Below are positions 18,085-27,736 of a stretch of DNA of 64,000 nucleotides, one piece after another. The position numbers and the translations under genes are program-made. Position 1 is the first letter of the stretch. Each line of letters starts with the position of its first letter. The stretch covers positions 762 through 64,761 of the forward strand of contig JAEXMB010000095.1 of assembly GCA_023444705.1 (NCBI GenBank), in the 5' to 3' direction. The DNA comes from Pseudomonadota bacterium. Its GTDB lineage: Bacteria > Pseudomonadota > Alphaproteobacteria > Micavibrionales > UBA2020. Under the pieces are notes generated by a model, which did not search any database, was not told the DNA's origin, and was given only the letters and a program-made list of their open reading frames with translations.

Positions 18085-20496
18085 ATGCCGAGTGTTCCGC
18101 CAGCCCACAAACGCGTGCAAGACCTTCAGCAGGCGATTGCCCTGCATAAGGCGGGGCGTCTTGACGAAGCGGCAGCGACCTATAAAACGCTACTGAAAAA
18201 AGACGCGCGCGATTTCGAGGCCAATCTGTATCTAGGCATGGTTCTGGTCCAACAGCACGATTTCGATGCGGCTGTCTATCGCCTGCAAATGGCGACGAAA
18301 ATAAATCCGCAATCGGCGCTGGCGCACTGCAACCTTGGCGTGGCGCTGCTTTCGGCGGGGCGCTATGCGGATGCGGCCGCTGCATTCGCACAGGCGCTGG
18401 CGATCAAGCCTGGTTTTGTCGAGGCGCTGGTCAAATTGCCCCATGCGCTCCATCAGGCGGGGCACCACGCGCAGGCGCTTGAGGCCTATGACCGCGCGCT
18501 TGCCCTGCGCGAAGATGCGGGATTGCTCAACGACAAGGGATGCCTGCTGCGCGACATGAAGCGCTATGAAGACGCAGTTTCTGTGTTTCGCCGCGCGTTG
18601 GCGCTCTATCCCGATTATCTGGCGGCGCAACTCAACCTTGCGCACGCGCTGTTCGATGCGCAGGATTACGCCGATGCCGCCGAAGTTTACGGGCGCATTC
18701 TATCGGGCGATCAAGGCCATGCGGGTGCGCGTGCCGGTTATCTCAAAAGTCTGAAAGCGGCCGAGCGCGATGACCTGCTTGAAGCGGCGCTGATGCAGGC
18801 CTTGGCGCATAATCCTGACGATGCGATGGCGTGGCTTGATCTTGGCCATGTGTTGCGCAAGAAAAAGATGTTCGCCGAGGCGATCGACGCCTATGCGCGC
18901 GCCGCCGCATGTGACGGGGAAGAGCCGGAAGTGTTCTTTTACTGGGGATTGTTGCTCTATGATCTGGGCCGCTATGAAGGCGCGGTCGATGCTTACGGGC
19001 ATTTGCTGCGTCTGAACCCCGACAATGGCGCTGCTTATCAGGGTCGTGCGGAAGCGTTGCGTAGACTTGGCCGGGTTGAAGAGGCATTGGAAGATTTTCG
19101 CCGGGCCACGGCCTTGCTGCCAAACGATCTGTCGCTTGCGGTATCGGCGCTGCATGCGGAAATGAAAGTCTGCGATTGGCGCAGCTACCCCAAAGCGGCT
19201 GATCTCATCGCGCGCCTGCGCAGCGATGACAGGGCTGTCTTGCTGCCTTTTCCGCTGGTGGCGCTGCCTGCCAGTGCGCAGGACCAGATGCTCTGCGCGC
19301 AACGCTATGTGGAAAAGCGCATCGCGACACAATACGAGCCGTGGATGCAGGCGGATTACGGGCACAAAAAAATCCGCATCGCCTATGTTTCTGCCGATTA
19401 TCACACCCATGCCACACTGGTGCTGATGGCGGGCATGTTCGAACAGCATGACAAGGGCCGTTTTGAAGTCATCGCTGTGTCACTGGGGCGCGATGACGGC
19501 GGCGCTTTGCGCCAGCGCGTGGTCGACGCGGTCGATGAATTCATCGACGCCAGCCGCATGTCGGATGATCAGATCACGGCGCTGTTGCGCGAACGCGAAT
19601 GCGATATCGTCGTCGACCTCAAGGGCTTTACGATGGATTCCCGCGCCACGTTGTTTGCGGGACGTCATGCGCCCGTGCAAGTGGCCTATATCGGCTATCC
19701 CGGCACCTGCGCTTTGCCCAATATCGACTATTTCATCGGCGATGGGATTGCAATCACGCCGGAGATCGAGCCATTCTTCAGCGAAAAAATCGTCTATTTG
19801 CCGCACAGCTATCAGGTCAACGACAACAAGCGTTTTTTACCCTCACAGGTGCCGTCACGTACAGCGCAGGGCTTACCCGAAGACGCTTTCGTCTTTTGCT
19901 CGTTTAACAACAACTATAAATTCACGCCTGATGTTTTTGCGGTGTGGATGAATATCCTCAAGCGCGTGGACAAGAGTGTCTTGTGGATACTGCGCGACAA
20001 CCAGTTGATGGCGGATAACCTGTGTGCGGCCGCGCAGGCACAGGGCGTTGACCCGGCGCGCCTGATCTTTGCGCCCAAGGCCGAACTTGACGCACATATC
20101 GCCCGCCTGCCGTGCGCGGACCTGTTTCTTGACAGCCTGCCGTGCAATGCGCATACCACGGCATCAGATGCGCTGTGGGCGGGCTTGCCTGTATTGACGT
20201 GCCCGGGTGATACTTTCGCGGGCAGGGTGGCGGCAAGCCTGTTAAACGCCATTGAATTGCCGGAGTTGATCGCGGCGGACATGCGGGCCTATGAAGAACT
20301 GGCCGTGGCGCTGGCGCAAGATAAAGCGCGCTATCAGGCTCTGCGTGGCAAGCTTGCAGGCAAGCGCACCACAGCGCCGCTGTTTGATACCGTGCGCACG
20401 ACGCGCGCGATCGAGCGCGCTTATGAGGAGATGATGCGCCGCTTCCACGCAGGTCTTGCGCCCGACCACATCAGGGTTTCCGACGATCAGCCGTAA
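18085..20496 (+). CDS. TPR-repeat protein fused to a GT41 (SPINDLY/OGT-like) glycosyltransferase domain
   Basis: The N-terminal ~340 aa are tandem TPRs (AxxxYxxAL...P motifs). The C-terminal part matches the Glyco_transf_41 pattern: KIRIAYVSADYHTHA..., FCSFNNNYKFTP..., LFLDSLPCNAHTTASDALWAGLPVLT. Confidence 0.85.
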   Translation: MPSVPPAHKRVQDLQQAIALHKAGRLDEAAATYKTLLKKDARDFEANLYLGMVLVQQHDFDAAVYRLQMATKINPQSALAHCNLGVALLSAGRYADAAAAFAQALAIKPGFVEALVKLPHALHQAGHHAQALEAYDRALALREDAGLLNDKGCLLRDMKRYEDAVSVFRRALALYPDYLAAQLNLAHALFDAQDYADAAEVYGRILSGDQGHAGARAGYLKSLKAAERDDLLEAALMQALAHNPDDAMAWLDLGHVLRKKKMFAEAIDAYARAAACDGEEPEVFFYWGLLLYDLGRYEGAVDAYGHLLRLNPDNGAAYQGRAEALRRLGRVEEALEDFRRATALLPNDLSLAVSALHAEMKVCDWRSYPKAADLIARLRSDDRAVLLPFPLVALPASAQDQMLCAQRYVEKRIATQYEPWMQADYGHKKIRIAYVSADYHTHATLVLMAGMFEQHDKGRFEVIAVSLGRDDGGALRQRVVDAVDEFIDASRMSDDQITALLRERECDIVVDLKGFTMDSRATLFAGRHAPVQVAYIGYPGTCALPNIDYFIGDGIAITPEIEPFFSEKIVYLPHSYQVNDNKRFLPSQVPSRTAQGLPEDAFVFCSFNNNYKFTPDVFAVWMNILKRVDKSVLWILRDNQLMADNLCAAAQAQGVDPARLIFAPKAELDAHIARLPCADLFLDSLPCNAHTTASDALWAGLPVLTCPGDTFAGRVAASLLNAIELPELIAADMRAYEELAVALAQDKARYQALRGKLAGKRTTAPLFDTVRTTRAIERAYEEMMRRFHAGLAPDHIRVSDDQP

Positions 20497-20840
20497 GATT
20501 TTTTAAAGGCATCGGCATCAAAGCCAACGCGATAGGTCTTGCCGTCAAACACCAGCGGCCGCTTGATCAGAGAAGGATTGTCAAGTGCTGCCTTGAGCGC
20601 GCTGGCGGCGGTCATTTTCTCGCGCGCGGATTCGGGCAGGGCGCGCCATGTGGTACCCTTGCGGTTGATGACATCCTCCCAGCCAAGCTGGGCGATGGCG
20701 GCGGCGATGACAGCCTTGTCCGCTCCTTCTTTTTTGTAGTCGTGGAAGTCATAGGCGACTTTATGGCTGTCAAGCCATGTCATGGCTTTCTTCATGGTGT
20801 CGCAGTTCCTGATGCCATAGACGGCAAGTTTTTTGGCCAT
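20487..20840 (-). CDS. ArsC/Spx family protein (YffB-like)
   Basis: VYGIRNCDTMKKAMTWLD...YDFHDYKK...LINRKGTTWR is typical of YffB. The 3' end overlaps the convergent OGT-like gene by 10 nt. Confidence 0.85.
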   Translation of the reverse strand: MAKKLAVYGIRNCDTMKKAMTWLDSHKVAYDFHDYKKEGADKAVIAAAIAQLGWEDVINRKGTTWRALPESAREKMTAASALKAALDNPSLIKRPLVFDGKTYRVGFDADAFKKSYG

Positions 20841-20870
20841 CGGTTCTCTCCCGTCTGAAAGGTGTTGCGC

Positions 20871-22811
<1,941 letters not shown>

Positions 22812-23984
22812 TTACAGCCTGCCCATGCCCATCATGCGGCGCGGCGGCTTGGTTGAGACGGATGTGTCCGCTGGCGCGGCACTGCCGCCGATAATAACAC
22901 GATCACCTGCTTCAAGGCCGTCGATGACGGCGGCTTGCGTGCGGTCGCTGACGCCGACGATGATCGTGCGTGCCTGCGCTCCCTTGGGTGTGGCGACGCT
23001 GACTTCATAGGCCTTGCCGTCTTTGGTGTCGGCGTCGGGCTTGCGCTTGGTCAGGGCGCTGACAGGGATGATGGCGGTATCCTGGGCCTTGGCGGCGATG
23101 AAAAATATTTGCGCGGTCATGCCTGTCATCAGCTGGCCGTCGGAGTTGTCGACATCGACCAGAACGTTGTACAGCACCACGTCATTGATGGTTTCGGGGC
23201 TGGGCAGTATCTGGCGCACGGTGCCTTCCCATTTGCGCTCGCCCGCGCCCAGCGTGGTGAAGTAAACCGGCATGCCGACGCTCAGCTTGGGCACGTCGGC
23301 TTCGGCGACCTGCGCCTTGGCGGTCATCACGTCAAGCTTGGCGACCTGCACGATGACGGGTGCGGTCTGGTTGGCGTTGATGGTCTGCCCCTGCTTGACC
23401 GATTGTGACACAACGGTGCCGGTCATGGGGGCGTAGATTTTGGTATAGCTGAGATTGGTGCGGCTGCCGTCCAGGCTTGATTGCGCTTCCTCGATCTGCG
23501 CATCAAGCGATTTCAGCTTGGCGCTAGCGACGTCATGATTGGTCTGCGCGTCTTCCAGTACCTCGATACTGATAGCTTTGGTCTTCATCAGTTTCTGGTT
23601 GCGTGCCAGTTTTTGCTCCGCCTGTACCAGCAGGGCCTGTTGTTCGTCGCGCTGCGCCTGCAATGTGCGCAGGCGCGCTTCGTCGCCTTTGACCTGCGCT
23701 TCGTAGACATCGGGGTCGATCTCGGCGATCAGGTCGCCTTCCTTGACGGTATCGCCGACTTCGACCGCAAGGTTGACCACCAGACCCGAGACCTGCGCGC
23801 CGACGTCGACATAGTCCTTGGCCTCGAGTTTGCCCTGCGCGGTGACCACGCTTTCGATGTTGCCGCGGGTGATCTCGACACTGGTTTGTGCCGTGGCGGG
23901 AGGGGCGTTGCGGGTGCGCCACAGCCATAGGGCGCCACCGACAATGGCCGTCAAGATAATGAAAATAATCAGTTTTTTGCGCAT
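22812..23984 (-). CDS. macA: MacA-type HlyD-family periplasmic adaptor
   Basis: Membrane anchor MRKKLIIFIILTAIVGG, coiled-coil hairpin, lipoyl and beta-barrel segments. It lies directly upstream of macB. Confidence 0.85.
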   Translation of the reverse strand: MRKKLIIFIILTAIVGGALWLWRTRNAPPATAQTSVEITRGNIESVVTAQGKLEAKDYVDVGAQVSGLVVNLAVEVGDTVKEGDLIAEIDPDVYEAQVKGDEARLRTLQAQRDEQQALLVQAEQKLARNQKLMKTKAISIEVLEDAQTNHDVASAKLKSLDAQIEEAQSSLDGSRTNLSYTKIYAPMTGTVVSQSVKQGQTINANQTAPVIVQVAKLDVMTAKAQVAEADVPKLSVGMPVYFTTLGAGERKWEGTVRQILPSPETINDVVLYNVLVDVDNSDGQLMTGMTAQIFFIAAKAQDTAIIPVSALTKRKPDADTKDGKAYEVSVATPKGAQARTIIVGVSDRTQAAVIDGLEAGDRVIIGGSAAPADTSVSTKPPRRMMGMGRL

Positions 23985-24091
23985 TGGCGGCTCCGTCAAC
24001 GGTCTGCGGTCTTGCACCTATTATACGTGCAAACGCACGGCAAACCTGCGCCAAAGCTAATTTGAAATAAAATTAGTCAAAAACCGTCTTG

Positions 24092-24114
24092 TATATACTC
24101 ATATAGAGTATATA
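24092..24114. promoter_or_regulatory. Perfect 9-5-9 inverted repeat TATATACTC-ATATA-GAGTATATA, a candidate operator upstream of nadV
   Basis: Read directly. It lies about 80 nt upstream of the nadV ATG, in an AT-rich spacer of an otherwise GC-rich region. Confidence 0.5.
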
Positions 24115-24191
24115 TATGTTCATACTGATTATAAATAAGGCGCGATTCGTACCGCAAGCGGATGCACCAGCCACCCCAAGGAGAGACGCAC

Positions 24192-25775
24192 ATGACCATT
24201 CTTAATGCCCTGCGCAGCAATATCATCGACACCGACAGCTACAAGGTGTCGCACTGGCGCCAGTACCCGCAAGGAACGGAATATGTGTCGAGCTATATCG
24301 AGGCGCGCTCCAGCCGCTACGCCAAGGCGCTGGGCGAGGGGTATGACTTCGCGCAGTTTTTCGGCCTGCAGGCATTCCTGAGCGAATACCTCGCCAAACC
24401 CGTCACGCAGGACGATATCGACCTGGCCGAGCTGGTGTTTGAAATGCATGGCGAGCCGTTTAACAAAGAAGGCTGGCAGTACATCGTCGATGTGCATGGC
24501 GGCAAGCTGCCCATCGAAGTGCGCGCCTTGCCCGAAGGCACCGTCGCCAAGACCAGCAACGCGATGGTCGAAATCATCAACACCGATCCCAAATGCTTCT
24601 GGCTGACCAGCTATGTCGAGCCTGCACTGTTGCGTGCGGTCTGGTATCCGACCACGGTATCGACCAAATCGCGCGTGCTGAAGGAAGTCTGCCGCGCGTA
24701 TCTCAACGATACGGCAGACAGTGCCGACGGGCTTGATTTCATGCTGCACGATTTCGGCGCGCGCGGCGTCAGCTCGCTTGAATCCTCTGTTCTTGGCGGC
24801 ATGGCGCATCTGGTCAACTTCAAGGGCACCGATACGGTGATGGGCATGATGGGTGCGCTTGGTTACTACAAGCCGGAATTTGAAACCGAGCTGGCGGCCA
24901 ATGGCGGCGATGCGAAAAAAGCGATGATTGCCGTACTGCGTGACATGAAGGCGAAAGGCGAGGCGCTGCCCGCATTTTCGGTCGAGGCGTCGGAGCATTC
25001 CACCATGACCATTAAAGGGCGCGAAGGCGAGGCCGAACAGGTCAAGGCGTTGATCGACCGCGCCAAAACGGGGTGCATCGTATCCATCGTGTCTGACAGC
25101 TACGATTATTTTCATGCGGTTGAAAAGCTCTATGGCGATCGTTTCCGTGCCGACATCATCGAAGCGGGTAAAAACGGTGGTCGCGTGGTCATCCGTCCGG
25201 ACAGTGGCGATCCGATCGATGTTGTGGTGCGTACGCTGAAAATCCTCGAAGCCAAATTCGGCGCCACGGTGAATAGCAAAGGCTATAAAGTTCTGCCGCC
25301 CTATGTCCGTGTGCTGCAGGGCGATGGCATTGACTTTGACAGTATGTACAAGTTGCTGGATGAGGTGAAGGCGGCGGGCTACAGCGTTGAAAACGTGGTG
25401 TGCGGCATGGGCGGCGGTTTGCTGCAAAAACCGACGCGCGACGACCTTAACTTTGCACAGAAAGCCTCGGCGGCCTTCATCAATGGCCAGTGGTACGATG
25501 TGTACAAGGATCCCGCGACGGCGGATCCGAACTTCGTCAAGCGTTCCAAACGCGGCCGTCTGTCGACTGTATTTGACGGCGTGGCCTTCAAGACCATCCG
25601 CACCGCAGACCTTAAGGCGCATGAAAAAGACGCGATGGTGGCAGTGTTTCGCAACGGCGAGGTACTGGTCAAAACCGATCTTGACGCGGTACGCGCACGT
25701 TCGGAGCAGACGGCCAGTATCTTCGTCAACCCTACTGCCGTCGCCGTCAAACGTGCAGCAGGCCTGAAAAAGTAA
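24192..25775 (+). CDS. nadV: Nicotinamide phosphoribosyltransferase (Nampt/NadV family)
   Basis: IIDTDSYKVSHWRQYP..., HDFGARGVSS, VIRPDSGDP and LQGDGI are Nampt family hallmarks. AAGGAGA lies 7 nt before the ATG at 24192. Confidence 0.9.
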   Translation: MTILNALRSNIIDTDSYKVSHWRQYPQGTEYVSSYIEARSSRYAKALGEGYDFAQFFGLQAFLSEYLAKPVTQDDIDLAELVFEMHGEPFNKEGWQYIVDVHGGKLPIEVRALPEGTVAKTSNAMVEIINTDPKCFWLTSYVEPALLRAVWYPTTVSTKSRVLKEVCRAYLNDTADSADGLDFMLHDFGARGVSSLESSVLGGMAHLVNFKGTDTVMGMMGALGYYKPEFETELAANGGDAKKAMIAVLRDMKAKGEALPAFSVEASEHSTMTIKGREGEAEQVKALIDRAKTGCIVSIVSDSYDYFHAVEKLYGDRFRADIIEAGKNGGRVVIRPDSGDPIDVVVRTLKILEAKFGATVNSKGYKVLPPYVRVLQGDGIDFDSMYKLLDEVKAAGYSVENVVCGMGGGLLQKPTRDDLNFAQKASAAFINGQWYDVYKDPATADPNFVKRSKRGRLSTVFDGVAFKTIRTADLKAHEKDAMVAVFRNGEVLVKTDLDAVRARSEQTASIFVNPTAVAVKRAAGLKK

Positions 25776-25801
25776 GCTGATCTTGGCTAACCGTCTTCTG
25801 C

Positions 25802-25827
25802 CCCCGCCATGTTCGCGCATGGCGGGG
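25802..25827 (+). promoter_or_regulatory. Intercistronic perfect 10-bp stem-loop (CCCCGCCATG-ttcgcg-CATGGCGGGG) between nadV and the downstream fusion gene
   Basis: Read directly. There is no downstream T-run, so it is more likely an RNA stability, processing or attenuation element than an intrinsic terminator. Confidence 0.4.
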
Positions 25828-25863
25828 AACGGGAGAGCTTTACCCGCATAAAGGTATCACGAT

Positions 25864-27732
25864 ATGACACGTGCATTTGATGGAAAACTCGACACGAAAC
25901 TGGCCGCGGAAATGAAAGCGGCGGGTTTTGAATACGGCCTGTCGATCGGGCGCCGCGCGCCGTTGCACAAGATGCACATCGACTGCATTCTAGAAATCGC
26001 ACGCGCGGGGCTGAAGCCCGTCATTGTCATCGGCTCGGTCAATACGGCGGGTGACCCGCTCTATGATCCCTTGCGCAACCCACTGACGGTCGAAGCACAG
26101 ATGCAACAGCTGCGCGACGCCTTGCCGCCCGAACTCTATGCGCAATGCACCATCCTGACCTTGCCCGACCAGCAGGACGACGCTGTGTGGATGCAGAGCC
26201 TGAAAAAGCTGCTCGATGACAACGGCATGGCGGGCAAAGCGGTGATGCACTTCCGCGCCAAGGCGGCTGATGCTGCCACCACCTCTGCGGCGCGATGCAA
26301 GCCGCTGGGGGCATACAAGGAAAGCCTGATCGGGGCGGGCATCGGTGTGTGGCAGTCATATAACGAAAACCCGGCGGACGACAACATCAATGCGTCCGAT
26401 ATCCGTACCTTTAACCTCGCCGTACTCACCGACGCGCAATATGCGCTGGCGCCGCATCTGGCGCGTATGGCGGAACAGGCGCGGGTCATGCGGCTGACCA
26501 ATCCCGACGGCAAGGCGCTTGACAAGGCCGGCGTGCCGTTGACGATGCTCGATTTCAGCCTGGCGCGGCTTTACCGCGAAACCGGCACGCCTACGGGCGA
26601 GATCCTCAAGCGTGCGAAGCTGAACGGCACGGTCAGTCTTGAAAGCCTCACGGCGGCGGCGAAAGAAACGCTTGAACGTCTGAAGCGCGCGCCCATGATC
26701 ATCAGCCCGCAATACGTGCAAGATTATGCGGGGCAGGGGTTTGAGCCTATTGCGGCAAGCGTGGGCGCATTTCAAAGCGGCGAAACTTTCAGCGAACTAT
26801 TTTACGGAGATAATGACAACTTCGAAAAAAATACAGACCGCATCAAAGGCGCGCATGTCTATGTCGTGCAATCGACAGCCGCACCCGTGGGCGACAATAT
26901 CCAGCACCTGCTGCACATGATCCATACGCTGAAATACTATGGCGCAGAAAAAGTTACAGCTGTGCTGCCGTTTTCTGCCTATGCGCGCCAAGACCGCGCC
27001 TTTGGCCAGCGTTTTACTTCGGTGGGCGCTGACATGCTGCCCAGGCAGCTCAAGGCGGCGGGGGCTGACGCGGTGATGGGTGTAACCCTGCATTCCAAGG
27101 CCGCGATGGCATTCTACAGCGCTGCCTTTGGCAAGAATTTTAGCGCCATTTCCACGGCGCCCTTGCTGGCGCAACATCTCAAAGCGCTTGGCCTGTCTGC
27201 GGACAATGCGGTGGTCGGCGCCCCTGATGGCGGGGAGAAACTGCACGACGAAGGTATCGCGCGCGCACGCGATGTGGGCCAGTCGCTCAGCGCCGCGTTC
27301 AATGACCGTGCAATGTTTAAAATCTCCAAGGTTCATACCTCGGCCAGCGAAACAAAAGTCACAGCCTTCAGCGGCGACGTGACGGGCAAGACGGCAGTGG
27401 TGGTCGATGACATGGTGGATGGCGGCTCGACCCTGATAAATGCGGCGCGCGTGCTGAAGGCCAATGGCGCGAAAGAGGTGATCTGCTGCGTCACGCACGG
27501 TGTGCTGACTGCGGCGGGCGGCACGCCGGCACTGGTCAAATTGCTGGGCGCGCAGGACGACAGGGGGGTGCCGCTGGTTGCGCGCTTTGTGGTGACGGAC
27601 AGTGTGCCGGATGTTGCGGCCAAGGTCGCGGCACTGGCGCCGGAATTGCGCGCGCGTGTTGATGTTGTGCCGCTGGCGCCCTATCTGGCGCAGCAGATGC
27701 AGGCGCAGCACAAACAGCGCTTCGTGCGCTAG
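25864..27732 (+). CDS. Fusion protein: NadM-type NMN adenylyltransferase-like domain plus ribose-phosphate pyrophosphokinase (Prs) domain
   Basis: N-terminal GRRAPLHKMHIDCILEI compares with archaeal NadM GRFQPFHKGHLEVIKKI. VIVIGS...NPLT and INASDIR (ISxTxIR-like) also fit. The C-terminal part is Prs-like: VVQSTAAPVGDNIQHLLHMIHTLK, AVLPFSAYARQDR, VVVDDMVDGGSTL. Confidence 0.8.
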   Translation: MTRAFDGKLDTKLAAEMKAAGFEYGLSIGRRAPLHKMHIDCILEIARAGLKPVIVIGSVNTAGDPLYDPLRNPLTVEAQMQQLRDALPPELYAQCTILTLPDQQDDAVWMQSLKKLLDDNGMAGKAVMHFRAKAADAATTSAARCKPLGAYKESLIGAGIGVWQSYNENPADDNINASDIRTFNLAVLTDAQYALAPHLARMAEQARVMRLTNPDGKALDKAGVPLTMLDFSLARLYRETGTPTGEILKRAKLNGTVSLESLTAAAKETLERLKRAPMIISPQYVQDYAGQGFEPIAASVGAFQSGETFSELFYGDNDNFEKNTDRIKGAHVYVVQSTAAPVGDNIQHLLHMIHTLKYYGAEKVTAVLPFSAYARQDRAFGQRFTSVGADMLPRQLKAAGADAVMGVTLHSKAAMAFYSAAFGKNFSAISTAPLLAQHLKALGLSADNAVVGAPDGGEKLHDEGIARARDVGQSLSAAFNDRAMFKISKVHTSASETKVTAFSGDVTGKTAVVVDDMVDGGSTLINAARVLKANGAKEVICCVTHGVLTAAGGTPALVKLLGAQDDRGVPLVARFVVTDSVPDVAAKVAALAPELRARVDVVPLAPYLAQQMQAQHKQRFVR

Positions 27733-27736
27733 GGGA

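Noticed and set aside
24129-25820. 563-aa ORF on the minus strand covering the whole nadV locus
   Set aside because: It is antisense to a gene with unmistakable Nampt motifs. Its translation is Arg/Gly/Ala/His-rich and low-complexity, with no family signature. This is a typical shadow ORF of GC-rich DNA.
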